A stretch of 40,564 nt of DNA from Barthelona sp. PAP020 (lineage: Eukaryota). Made by a program: the position numbers and the translations under genes. The notes under the pieces were generated by a model. The model was not told the origin of the DNA. It saw only the letters and a list, made by a program, of their open reading frames with translations, and did no database searches. The stretch covers positions 1 to 40,564 of the forward strand of contig JARQWU010000067.1 in the NCBI GenBank assembly GCA_040182905.1, written 5' to 3'. Each line of letters starts with the position of its first letter. Positions within the stretch are counted from its first letter, which is position 1. Positions 29,001-38,062 of this stretch are shown one piece after another.

Positions 29001-32000
29001 TATTTTCAGGTGGTAACAATTTGGCTCTTCTGCGATCATCTAATTTTTGCTCCAAGAAATCTTGAAACCTGTTTGCACTTGTTTGAGCAGAAAAATTGAT
29101 TTGAATTGAACTCAAAGCTTTGGGATTGGTTTCAATCATTTTATTGATGCAATCTTGCATTATTACCGATTTGCCAACACCTGATACACCAGTAAATAAC
29201 AAAGGTCTGTTGACATCAATTGAAGCTTTCAAAAGATATGAATAACGAACAGTATCAATAGTGGGAACTAAAATTTCAAAGAAAGGAACAGAAGGTGAAT
29301 AAGCAAACTCTTCAACACCATCTGACCAATTAACAAATTGGTTGGAACCAAAATCAATCACATAGTCAAAAACACTGCCATATGAAGGCAAACCACACTC
29401 ATCCAATTGTTTTCTGCTAAATTCACTAAAAGAATCCATATCTCTTTCCATTAGGGAACCACCAAATCCCCAAATGTACGAAAAAGTGAAAATTTGAAGC
29501 AAAATTGTTGTTAATGCAGCAGGTTGTGTCTTAACAAGATTTATGGCTTCTTCAGGACCCAAATTACTGTTCAATAAGGAAATAATATAATTACAAACTG
29601 ACATGACTCTGTTTTGATCAGAACAATTGATATGCAAGGTTAAATCTTTCATATATTCAATAGTAGAATCAATAGATTTCTCAAATTGATCAAATAATTG
29701 AACAAAAACAGTTCTTGGATACTCTGATAATTGTTCAGTCAACCAAGAAGTGATAATCGGTTTCCAAGGTAAATCAACAGGGTCAAAATATACCATACCA
29801 CATCTGGATACAGTAGCAGGAGATGCAACAGCCAAGTCTTCTACTTCAAAAATCATACTCATCTTATCCGTTAAACGAATACGTTGCCCATTTGGTAGAG
29901 TTAACATTTTGTTATCATCTAACACTGTATTCATATTTTCAATCCATAAAGCATCAACTGGTCCGTCAAAAACTGTCCAACGTAAATCACCACTGGTATC
30001 GTCAGCACCTTCAACAACTAATCTAGTAACAATACCATTGACCCAATCTTGAGTTAACTGATTTACCTGACCGAAAAGCTGTCCCATAGTGATAGCTTTT
30101 GGATTTAGATATTGTGGCACAACTTTATGATATTTTTGATCATGTTCAGATAAAGAAGTCAAAGAATTAATAAGTGTGGTAAGCACAGTTGATTTACCAC
30201 CACCAGATGGACCAACAAGCATTACACCATGTCTAATTTGTAAAGTATTATACAATTCCAATACTTTATTGACTTGGACATCCAAAATTTGTTTTCCTTG
30301 TACAGTAAATTCACGATGAACAGAAGACAACAGAGAACCATAATCACGTTCTTCATCCACAATACCAGGGAATAAATCGTTCACAATACCCATAAAAAGA
30401 GGCAAATCTGCAGCCAAGAATTTAGGAAGATTTGAGTCTGACATAGCTCGAATAAGAACAACGTCCTCTGATAATTGAGGAGATCTGCGTCTGATCTTAC
30501 CAGCCATTACTAAAGTAGTTTTAACAGCTCTCATACCAAAATCGTAATGCTTCTGTTGGGATAATTGTTGTGATGATAATTTATAAAGATAAACCATCTT
30601 CTTGGCCAAACGTTTAGCATCACGGAAACCTTCAGCATACAAAAAGATTTCGGCAATTAATGCATAATCAGGAACAAGCATAGGAACTGGTCTGAATAGA
30701 ACCTTAAGATTATCAGGTAATTCTGTACGTCCAGCATAACCAGGATTCATGGTGATAAACACGGCACATCGAGGATTGAGAGGAATTTTTCCCAAAGAAC
30801 CTAGTTCAAAATGTGGAAGCTTTGCTAAAGTAGCGGTACGAATACTCAATAACTGTTGTGCAATAACTGATAAAACTTCAAGCTTAATACGGTTGAATTC
30901 ATCCAAACATGCCCAAGCACCAGTTTGTGCAAGACCACCAAATAGTTTTTCAGTCATTTGATAAGAATTTTGCTCTGAACAATTCATAACAACACAGAAA
31001 TTTCCTAAAGCTTTGGCTAAATCCTTTACAGTTTCAGTTTTACCAGTACCTGCAGGTCCTGCAGGAGAACCACCTAAATGTTGATGCATGGCACCGGTAA
31101 GTGTAATATAACAACGATCAGTCAAGGGCGTAATGACCAAACGTCCAGATGCACCCAAATATTCATAACCATACACAAAATCAGTGTTTGTTTGTTTTAT
31201 GATACAATTTTGAGTTTCGGGATCATAATAGTATCGAAGTCGTTTCAACCATTCAAAATCGTGAATGCTATCCACTTTCTGTTGAATTAATTCATCAACT
31301 ATATCAGCATTATGAACTTCAATAGTAATTAATGCAACAAGTGAAGTTCTTTGAATGGCTGACAATTGCCCTCTTACCAAATCTGTCATTTCATTAATTT
31401 GTGAACGAGCAATGGCTTTGTATTCTTTCAAACTTTGCAATGGATTGGAGCTTTTTAAAGCCAAGCTAACAGCTTCACACCAAAAGATTTGACAAACAGC
31501 AATGACAATTTGAGCAGGATATGAGTTTATAAAATCTCTTCGAGGAATAGTAGGATCTTGATAATCTCTTACCCCATCTGACAACGATTTCTTTAAAGTT
31601 TCTTGTGAAATATTCATTAAATTTTCTAGCCAAACTTCAACTGGTGGTCTGGGTTTAACATGTTGAATTAAAGGAACAATTTCACCTTCGGATGAAATCA
31701 TGGCATCAACTTCTACCGATCCATTTTCATCAGAGAAATTCAAACTGGAAATGTTATCAAAGATTTTTCTTAAATGTTTTTGAATAGCGGCAGGATGCTT
31801 TGATTGAGCCAATATATGTAAAATATCATCATTTAAAAGGAAATAGAAACGAGGGAAAGCACGTCGCTTTTGGTCAAGATAATCTTCCAGACCACGTTGT
31901 ACTTTTTCCAAAGTTTGATTATGCTTTGTAAAAGTATCAAACAATCCGCCTTGGGTGCAAGTTCTCAAAGCGTTTGGGAATTCTTTCACCTTTTTCATAA

Positions 32001-34989
32001 TTTCTTTCCATGACTTGTCAACTGCCATAAACAAAGGTGCTTCTCTAGGTAATTGCTTAGCAATATCTGGAACAGTAAAAATATTTTCCAAATATATCCA
32101 AGATCTTTGACACTCTAACCATACATCCAAAGTATGTGAAAATAAATTTAATTTGTTATCCCATTCATTTACTTGCTCTTCAATAGCATTAACATATCTT
32201 GAAACACGCATTGTTGAAATTGTTGATAATGAATCTTCCAATTGAGATAAAATATCATCAACACTACCAATGACAAAAATACCTTTCTTTTGCTTGTGTT
32301 GCATAATCTCCAAATCAAGGTCTTGCCAACTGAGGTCAACTTTTCTAAGAAGATCTTCTAATCCTTGTTCGTTTGTTGCAGCAATAGCAACTTTATGAAT
32401 TTCAACTTGATGTTTTGGTGCATCTTTTTCAACCAAAAATCCTAGAGTCAAATCAGTTTGTTGAGGAACTCTACAACCAATCATTTCTTCAATTTGAGCA
32501 TAATGTCTTTCCTTCAAGGCATTGTTTCTGAAATCAGTAACCAAAGGAATTAATTTTTTGAAAGATTCAACACGGTCTTTTAATACACCAACAACCATAT
32601 TTTTCTTCAATTGTCTCTCAGCTTTTCTTGCAATGTTCACATATTTTTCAATCTTTCCAGAAAATTCTTCAATGTTGAATTCTTTGAAAACCACTGCAAA
32701 TGAAGAACTCTTGAAATCTTCCCATTCAGACATGGCCTTCCATAAATTCATTTTAATGTCAATGTCGGAACGTAAATCTTGAACTTCCGTGAATTCATGA
32801 ACCTCCAACCCAAACACTCCTTGATATTCTTGATATTGTTGACATTTTTTAAACAACACTTGACTGTCCTCAGATAATTGTTTTAACATCAAATATACTT
32901 GGGTTTCATCCGAACTTGAATCACTGATACTAGTATGTGCAGCTCTTGTGGATAATTCGTTAGATTCATCAGCTATTCCACCAACTAAACCTTCTAATTT
33001 TTTGCTGAATCTATGAGTACGTTCATCTCGTTTGTTTTCTGATGTGTCAATGGCATTTTGGAATTGATCAATTTCAGAAGACAAATGAGTGTACAATGCG
33101 TTGACTTCTGGTGGAGGTCTGATATCCCAATCTTCCATTAAATCAAATAATTGATGCACATAACTGTACCTATTGTGAACCTTATCCAGATTTTCAAGAG
33201 TGGAATCCAACAGTTTGATATGTGCGACAAATTCGGCCACAGAATCAGATTCCTTGACCAAATTTGTAGTGATAAGTTTAACTTCATCAGTAAGATTTTG
33301 AGAATGCTCATTTCCTAATTTGGGTAGTGTAACCTTGATTAATTCTCTACAACGTTCAATAGATGGCTTCAAACTCTCCTTAAAATTAATACAATCAACT
33401 TGAATTACATCAATAATGGTCAAATTGGGAACTTCACTAATTTTATCCTCTTGCTTTTTGATATTCTGCAATTGATCTCTGAAGAAATCCAAAGTCAATT
33501 CTTCAGGAGGTAAGTCAACAGTGAATTTTGAGTTTTCAGCATACAAATCGATGAAATCACTAAAACTATTGATAAACTTGTCAGCTTTCTTAAAAACTAA
33601 ATTAATTGATGATCTAATGGTATAAATAAATTCGCGATAATCAATATTCTCTTCAATCATTCCTTTGAGTATCTGAGCAGCAGGATCAACTAAAGATGTC
33701 TCATCACCAGATGCAGCTTTGGTGATAATAATTTGGAAAGAACTATTAGAAATAAATCTGTCAAAACATTCAGATATTTTGTGATATTCATCCAAAACAC
33801 AAGATGTTTTATCCTTCACTTCTTTTACATTGGGTTTTATCGACAAAGGATGGTCTGAATGTGGTAAGAAAACACCTTGACACAAAAATAAAGGTGCAAC
33901 TGTTTGTTGATGTTGTCCCACAATTTGAGCCATTTCATCAGTATCAACAGGAGGATTTCCTTCTAAATAACGTAACAATTCTTCTGTAGAACTTAAGATC
34001 AAGCATCGTAAAGCTTCCATGATTATATGATCTGCAGAACGTAAAAATGAGGTCAAACGACGACAGGCAGTCTTTTGTGCAGCCAACTCTTGATAAGTCA
34101 TAGCACGTCTTTCCTCAATATTTGATTCAGGACCAGACAATATTTCTTCAAGACTAGGTAATCTCTTTGGTTTTCCGACTGAAATAGTTTCATCCAAAGA
34201 TTCAGTATTTTCCTCAACAAATTCATCTTCAACACCTTCTAAACGTAATAAATATTTACAACAAGAAGAATATACAAACTCATGAGCCTCATTAAACAAT
34301 TCAGTTAATTGTTTATTGACCACAACCATTTGATTTTCATGATTCTTCATAAATTCCTCAAGAGTATATGTTTGAAAGGGGGAAATGTTTAGAAGTCTCA
34401 CTTTTTTAATTCTTGTACAAATACCATGCAAATTTTGAAGACAAGTGCCCAAAGAAGGCTGTAATATGAACAATGTGTCCGAAAGTTTATCTCTAATGAC
34501 GTTAAATCTTTTAATTTTTACAAACTTTAACCATAACATGAGAGGTTTCCTGAGAAAAAAGTTTTTAAAGAATTTAATTTCTTTAAGCTTGTGGTAATAT
34601 GTGTATTCACGAATCCAAGTGTCTAATGATGTAAAATCAAATCCGCCTTTTGCTTTTATGTGGGAAAACCCACTTTTAGACAACGTAAAATGATCATTTA
34701 AATCTACTTCACTGGCTTCAATAAATTTAAGATCATATATATTATTTTCATTTGGATTTGTAGGAACAAGATACCGAAAATATTCATCCCCATTTTCCAA
34801 AAATTCTTTGATTTCTGCACTTAATTCCACATCATCATCTGATTTAACTACTGTTTGTTGTATGGTTATATCTGTTTCATCTGTAGATTGAGGCTCTTCA
34901 TTTGAATTTTCATCCACAATTTTAATTTGTTTCAATTCCTTTTCTTTAAGCCGTTCTCTTCTTGACTTAGGTTGCCCTAATCCGGTCAT
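23071..34989 (-). CDS. DNAH6: Axonemal single-headed inner-arm dynein heavy chain, DNAH6-like, intronless (3972 aa)
   Basis: Four P-loops GPAGTGKT, GPSGGGKS, GVSGVGKS and GVGGSGKQ, plus RLVITPLT, HYDFGMRA and C-terminal GVLSTTGHSTNFV. The short tail (FTSLDTWIREY..FF..F..K..W) and SLTTHLEQEIIRFN suggest the DNAH6 clade. Dynein identity is certain; the subfamily is less so. Confidence 0.85.
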   Translation of the reverse strand: MTGLGQPKSRRERLKEKELKQIKIVDENSNEEPQSTDETDITIQQTVVKSDDDVELSAEIKEFLENGDEYFRYLVPTNPNENNIYDLKFIEASEVDLNDHFTLSKSGFSHIKAKGGFDFTSLDTWIREYTYYHKLKEIKFFKNFFLRKPLMLWLKFVKIKRFNVIRDKLSDTLFILQPSLGTCLQNLHGICTRIKKVRLLNISPFQTYTLEEFMKNHENQMVVVNKQLTELFNEAHEFVYSSCCKYLLRLEGVEDEFVEENTESLDETISVGKPKRLPSLEEILSGPESNIEERRAMTYQELAAQKTACRRLTSFLRSADHIIMEALRCLILSSTEELLRYLEGNPPVDTDEMAQIVGQHQQTVAPLFLCQGVFLPHSDHPLSIKPNVKEVKDKTSCVLDEYHKISECFDRFISNSSFQIIITKAASGDETSLVDPAAQILKGMIEENIDYREFIYTIRSSINLVFKKADKFINSFSDFIDLYAENSKFTVDLPPEELTLDFFRDQLQNIKKQEDKISEVPNLTIIDVIQVDCINFKESLKPSIERCRELIKVTLPKLGNEHSQNLTDEVKLITTNLVKESDSVAEFVAHIKLLDSTLENLDKVHNRYSYVHQLFDLMEDWDIRPPPEVNALYTHLSSEIDQFQNAIDTSENKRDERTHRFSKKLEGLVGGIADESNELSTRAAHTSISDSSSDETQVYLMLKQLSEDSQVLFKKCQQYQEYQGVFGLEVHEFTEVQDLRSDIDIKMNLWKAMSEWEDFKSSSFAVVFKEFNIEEFSGKIEKYVNIARKAERQLKKNMVVGVLKDRVESFKKLIPLVTDFRNNALKERHYAQIEEMIGCRVPQQTDLTLGFLVEKDAPKHQVEIHKVAIAATNEQGLEDLLRKVDLSWQDLDLEIMQHKQKKGIFVIGSVDDILSQLEDSLSTISTMRVSRYVNAIEEQVNEWDNKLNLFSHTLDVWLECQRSWIYLENIFTVPDIAKQLPREAPLFMAVDKSWKEIMKKVKEFPNALRTCTQGGLFDTFTKHNQTLEKVQRGLEDYLDQKRRAFPRFYFLLNDDILHILAQSKHPAAIQKHLRKIFDNISSLNFSDENGSVEVDAMISSEGEIVPLIQHVKPRPPVEVWLENLMNISQETLKKSLSDGVRDYQDPTIPRRDFINSYPAQIVIAVCQIFWCEAVSLALKSSNPLQSLKEYKAIARSQINEMTDLVRGQLSAIQRTSLVALITIEVHNADIVDELIQQKVDSIHDFEWLKRLRYYYDPETQNCIIKQTNTDFVYGYEYLGASGRLVITPLTDRCYITLTGAMHQHLGGSPAGPAGTGKTETVKDLAKALGNFCVVMNCSEQNSYQMTEKLFGGLAQTGAWACLDEFNRIKLEVLSVIAQQLLSIRTATLAKLPHFELGSLGKIPLNPRCAVFITMNPGYAGRTELPDNLKVLFRPVPMLVPDYALIAEIFLYAEGFRDAKRLAKKMVYLYKLSSQQLSQQKHYDFGMRAVKTTLVMAGKIRRRSPQLSEDVVLIRAMSDSNLPKFLAADLPLFMGIVNDLFPGIVDEERDYGSLLSSVHREFTVQGKQILDVQVNKVLELYNTLQIRHGVMLVGPSGGGKSTVLTTLINSLTSLSEHDQKYHKVVPQYLNPKAITMGQLFGQVNQLTQDWVNGIVTRLVVEGADDTSGDLRWTVFDGPVDALWIENMNTVLDDNKMLTLPNGQRIRLTDKMSMIFEVEDLAVASPATVSRCGMVYFDPVDLPWKPIITSWLTEQLSEYPRTVFVQLFDQFEKSIDSTIEYMKDLTLHINCSDQNRVMSVCNYIISLLNSNLGPEEAINLVKTQPAALTTILLQIFTFSYIWGFGGSLMERDMDSFSEFSRKQLDECGLPSYGSVFDYVIDFGSNQFVNWSDGVEEFAYSPSVPFFEILVPTIDTVRYSYLLKASIDVNRPLLFTGVSGVGKSVIMQDCINKMIETNPKALSSIQINFSAQTSANRFQDFLEQKLDDRRRAKLLPPENTLSCVVFVDELNMPRKEVYGAQPPIELLRQLVVYNGIYDRSKGGWVSLENMRYVTACAPPGGGRSSTTGRLLRHFTVLSLPEPSDKSLFKIFSNIANGHFAAHEFNKNVLSVVDELINCTIELYRSVSLNLRPTPSKSHYTFNIRDLSKVIQGLLNAFKLDMKTREDFAKLWIHESLRQFHDRLVIDSDRTWFKEQLLSLLRKYSSIFWNFEEVFDTNENNVDPILFGDIMTDVDEEERPYRSVPSLETVTNRLITILDDYNYHSTSGMDLVFFKDAVEHFMRISRILRQPRGNALLVGVGGSGKQSLTRLACFANGFECFEVELKKNYGLNEFREDLRSLYRIAGLNMKPCVFLLSDTQITDDAFLEDVNNILNSGEVPGLFEGEALEDLFVHLKPICKRLGVAETADSMYNFFIQNVRSNLHAVLTMSPIGTSFRSRCRQFPSLINCCTIDWFDTWPKEALLTVARAQFAEFDFNLKMELEEEEAFKESLSSICVQIHTDMLEKSEEFYKLYRRRFYVTPAFYLQFIKLFKQYFTDNSKEITTKRDVLLNGLRTLRETNEKVAVMKEELQALQPELQRNTKKTEELLMKLAKDQKDVDEIKKKVEDDQRKVADQTATAEVLKQDAAADLAEALPQLNQAVEALDALSSSDLYEIKSFKQPPGLVKLVIESVAILLVGNKLEWNAAQASILSDTQLINKLKNYEKDSIPELYLRRLKKYIDDPEFQPDIVERQSKAAKSLCMWVRAMDVYSKVNKIVGPKRERLAMYEQQLAESQEQLAEKTAELERVEAKLAAFKAQYEKQVAEKERLQAKIEDTQKRFDRATKLTGLLADEYVRWEKSAEILQEQLKNLVGDMLISGAFVAYMGPFTSEYRDEMLKKWNDLLVKHTVPCSEEFYLKDQLSNPVQIREWQIQQLPTDQLSTENAIMVSQGQKWPLCIDPQGQANRWIKEKEKENGLRVIKMTPDILKILEQAINIGTPVLIEDVGEAIDPSLSPILLRQVFDDNGRLMMKFGDSAIPYDPNFRLYMTTKLQNPHYLPDVCIKVTLINFTVTMTGLRDQLLGFVVKKEKPELEEQRDKLVLTMAADQKQLREIEAQILDLVSHSQNVLDDDGLINTLNLSKETSEVISKRMEEAISTAATIAEARSQYDNVALRGSVLFFVLNDLPIIDNMYQYSLEFFMKLFDGVIDNCPKFDDINNRLSSLIDLLTKQVFTSICQGLFEKHKILFAFLIACAIDRNVGKISPAEWSIFLRGAPATAEQPNINAPSYISKKNWFVLNYLDKEIDSFSGICEHLLANGKVWMKFIEASDSYESSLPSPFNEEKLSTFNQLLLFKLLCEDKFSLKLTVYVRDVLGEHFIKPTSFDLDSAFNDSAPEIPIIFVLSVGADPTVALQRFAAKHNKKDNLHIRSLGQGQGPIAEAVIDKSCENGDWVLLQNCHLVETWMADLQRKVLELKTKTIHPEFRLFLSSMPATFFPVSVLQNGIKITNEPPKGLRANLQRTYNDITDDEYNDIEPKKFEVWRRLLFGLAFFHAVVQERRKYGPLGWNKFYEFNSSDFEISMNQLRMFLNQHDEIPWKALRYLTAEINHGGRVTDFWDRRLIINILNVCYNEEVLNDGYCFSEDSTYYIPVKPALVDVKKYVDDLPLADTPTAFRMHNNAAISFQLQELNRTIDTILSIQPRLSGATSGVTPEDTVTALTNTFIERLPPFINVEDGLKELFVKNDKGLVPSLTTHLEQEIIRFNQVIEVINDTCDELLKAIDGIVVMSSELESMFTSLINNQVPELWKNVTYPSLKPLGSWFNDLIARLEMINTWLKKGNPVVFWMSGFFFTHGFITGILQTHARKLAISIDSLSFKFNFLDKKTDEITEAPEDGVYVAGLFIDDARWNADAGIIDEPLPKQLYGEMPIIHFEPKANYVPDESLYSCPLYKTSERAGVLSTTGHSTNFVLAVELPSAKSPTHWVLRSVALLCQLDN

Positions 34990-35068
34990 TTCGAGGAAAC
35001 AATAAATACAAAAAGAATAAAAATTTAAGTTTACTTTCTTCGTGTATCACCTTTGCTTTAAAGTAACA

Positions 35069-36034
35069 ATGAATAACATTTCAAATGATGTTTTAGAATC
35101 ATTATTACCACCAGCACCACCAAATGAACATGCCAAAGTGTTGTATGTTGGCAATTTGCCAAACACTGTTAGTGAAGAGGAATTAGAAGATTTATTTAAA
35201 ACATGTTCAGGATTAGTTTCTGTCAAAGTGATCAAGAAAGATCAAAAATGTTTTGGTTTTGTTGAATTTTTGGATAATTTATTTGCAAGTTTGGCAATGT
35301 TTTTGTTACACAACACTATGATGCCTAACAGTGATCAATTGTATAAACTTAATTGGGGAGGTACTGATTTTGAAAACGAGTATCCAATATATGTTGGTGA
35401 TTTATCTCCTAATACTAATGATAGGGAGCTTTTATTGTTTTTTCAAAAAACATTTTCTTCTGCAAAAGGTGCAAAAATAAAGTATGATGAGGAAGGAAGA
35501 TCTAAAGAGTTTGGGTTTGTCAGATTTTCCAATCAATCCGATGCTTTCAATGCTATAAAATTGTTTAATGGAAAAATGTTTAATGGAAGGAGTATTAAAG
35601 TTTCCTCGGCACATAAAACAGACAATGCAGAATTGTTTTTGACAACTGCTATGAAATCAATTGAAGAAATTGCCACTGACATAAATTTTGTTAATTCTTC
35701 AAAATTACTTATTTCTAACATTAGCAATGGAATTTCAGTGAATCAATGGAAAGATATTTGTGGCAGTTATGGTATGTTTACCGAATTTTGTGTTGATTAC
35801 GATGCTCTTACTATTGAAGTTACATATGCAACACATGAAATGGCTGTTTCCGCTATTATTGGTTTACATGATCAAACCTATCATAATTCTAGATTGATTG
35901 TCAGTTGGGTTGATATAAATTTGGATATGTTAGATATTGAGGAGCCTATTTGGGGAGATATGCTTCAAAAACAAAGAGTAGTAAAGGCAAATGTCACTGG
36001 ATTTATATGTGATTGGCGACTATTGACCGTGTAG
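35069..36034 (+). CDS. Triple-RRM RNA-binding protein, Nam8/RBP45-47/TRNAU1AP-like
   Basis: RRM1 LYVGNL..FGFVEF..YKLNW, RRM2 IYVGDLSP..GRSKEFGFVRF, and a degenerate RRM3 ending LIVSW. ATG 35069. Confidence 0.8.
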   Translation: MNNISNDVLESLLPPAPPNEHAKVLYVGNLPNTVSEEELEDLFKTCSGLVSVKVIKKDQKCFGFVEFLDNLFASLAMFLLHNTMMPNSDQLYKLNWGGTDFENEYPIYVGDLSPNTNDRELLLFFQKTFSSAKGAKIKYDEEGRSKEFGFVRFSNQSDAFNAIKLFNGKMFNGRSIKVSSAHKTDNAELFLTTAMKSIEEIATDINFVNSSKLLISNISNGISVNQWKDICGSYGMFTEFCVDYDALTIEVTYATHEMAVSAIIGLHDQTYHNSRLIVSWVDINLDMLDIEEPIWGDMLQKQRVVKANVTGFICDWRLLTV

Positions 36035-36214
36035 ATTAAAGTTATCATGTCTTTGAACTGAAGTTTTTCTTTTTGTTATTTTTAGTCTAATTTTGATGAA
36101 ATGAGGGCACAACGCCTTTTTATTTCATTTTTTGTTTTTATAAATTATTTCAATTCTTCTTTTTAATCTTTCTTGTTCAAATCTGGCAAAGAAAAAAAAA
36201 AACACTTCACAAAT

Positions 36215-37431
36215 TTACAAAGCAATGACTTTAGACAAGTTTTCCAAACGAGTAATCAAATTATCAGCAATCCTAATCATTTTACCAGTATCAGAACGCA
36301 CTCCTTTAACATGAGTGATGATACCTTCTTGTTTATCTATTTTAACGCTCAATTTTTCATTGGCAACGAGGTTGGCAATATCTTTCTCCAATAAATTAAC
36401 ATCAAGAGAAAAAGTCTCTGCCATATGATCCAATTTTATTACTGAATAAGCATCTAAAAATTGTTGATAGCACTGTAATCTCAGCTCATGAAAAAAGAAT
36501 CTTGAATGTTTTGCCAAAAAAATATCATTGTTCATTTGTTCACAAACGTCATAAATCTTTTGGAGAATTGTTGTGTAATTACCCTCATAGAACATTTCAA
36601 AAAGTTCAACATACTCAGAAATTTCGTTTGCAACTTGCTTTAACTCGGCACATTCAGATAATGATTGAGTTAATTGAGCCCTTGATAATGTGATTAAAGA
36701 AATAACAACAGTGTATTTCATTAAATCTGCAAAAGAACAGATTTCAGGAGCCAAGAAAGTTTTAACAGACAACAACAATTTTTCAGAAGCATTTTCTAAA
36801 TCACGAATCCAAATATATAACAAAGCACGATACACATTCAATCTATTCTTATGTTCAAAATCTAATGAATTAGCTTTAACCATATCATCTGCTAGGGTTA
36901 AAAATCTTTCACAGTCATTTATAGAACAATTGGCAAAAGAAATTAAACCTTGTTCAAAAATCAAATCTGCTTTTGTAGTAATACCAGTAGCTTCCTGAAA
37001 AACAGTTGAATATAAAGGTAAACCTTCCTCTTTATTTCCAACCTTCATCAAATAACGAGCTTTTTCAAGTTTAGCTTGCCATACTTCAACAGAACCGAAT
37101 TCAGCTTCCATCTTGGTAATATTTTCATTCAAACGCATAATCTCTTCATTATATGAGTCTTCCAATTCGTTAAGCAATGAATCATCAGGTATTAAGGAAA
37201 ATTCAATACAAAATTCACGATATAAGTATAGACTATCTAAAATATTAGTATTCATTGCTTGAATATGAAATTACTGTTTGTTTTCAAACGCTCAATGATG
37301 GACTTTTGTTTTCTTTCATACACTTCTTTGTCATGAGATTCATCGTCTCTCATGTTAGACAATTCAAAGATTTCTCTTTGATAAATTAATAATTCACTCC
37401 CAACAGTAGCAAATGTTGTTTCAACAGACAT
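36215..37431 (-). CDS. RPN7: 26S proteasome lid subunit RPN7/PSMD6; exons 37275-37431 and 36215-37236 (392 aa)
   Basis: FGSVEV, DFEHKNRLNVY and PCI-domain YQQFLDAY..MAETF..KIDK. A 52-codon upstream exon splices in phase 1 to give IIERLKTNNSLYLYREFC, which fits the RPN7 N-terminal pattern. Confidence 0.92.
37237..37274 (-). other. 38-nt phase-1 spliceosomal intron in RPN7
   Basis: GTAATTTCATATTCAAGCAATGAATACTAATATTTTAG. Removal joins two open frames. The ORF-track ATG at 37255 lies inside this intron. Confidence 0.88.
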
Positions 37432-37572
37432 AAAGAAAAATGAGATTCTTCTTTTACAGCACTCTTTTTTTTTTGAATCTGTCTTTTGTTTTTCAAAGGA
37501 ACTTTGTTATCCCAATGTGAAGGGTATTTTGGAAAGAATAAAATATGAATACTTTTTGATTCTTTTTTATGA

Positions 37573-37971
37573 ATGAATGGCAATCTGAATAGAGAAAGAG
37601 TATCATCAGATTTTAGTTTTAATGATAATATTAAATTTGACCCAATTTTAAGGTCTAATTCCAGCCAATATGTGGTTGATCCAAAATCTCCAGAAGAAAT
37701 TGAAGAATTATTATTTTCTTTGTTGGAAAATTTATCGTATGAGCGAAAGAATGAATTAAAGACACAGGATTGTTCTGAAATGCAATTTTCTTTTGAAGAA
37801 ACTTGTTATTTTTTACAAGAGGCTCTTATAAACCAACAACATTTTTTAGAAATTTATTTTACAAATATCGTTAATGAAAGAATGGTTAATCAAGAACATG
37901 AATTTCAAAAGTTTGTTCAAAGATATATTACCCCTTCTAACAATGAAGAAACTCCCAGTTATTTCAGTTAG
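37573..37971 (+). CDS. Hypothetical small acidic helical protein (132 aa)
   Basis: ATG-initiated ORF filling the gap between RPN7 and PDCD2L. No family recognised. Confidence 0.6.
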   Translation: MNGNLNRERVSSDFSFNDNIKFDPILRSNSSQYVVDPKSPEEIEELLFSLLENLSYERKNELKTQDCSEMQFSFEETCYFLQEALINQQHFLEIYFTNIVNERMVNQEHEFQKFVQRYITPSNNEETPSYFS

Positions 37972-38062
37972 GTTACTTTTCTCCATATTTATTTCCTCAT
38001 ATTTCTTTGCAAAAGAAGCAGATTATAAATCATTTCGTTCATTTTATACTTTTTTTTTTGTC

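Noticed and set aside
24315..33989. Short alternative-frame and antisense ORFs inside dynein (and similar ones inside other genes)
   Set aside because: These are shadow ORFs of long coding regions with no motifs and mostly non-ATG starts.
636..34989. Apparent clustering of microtubule/cilia genes (kinesin, ARL3, TOG-TACC, dynein)
   Set aside because: They are interspersed with unrelated housekeeping genes, and such genes are numerous in flagellates, so chance is sufficient.
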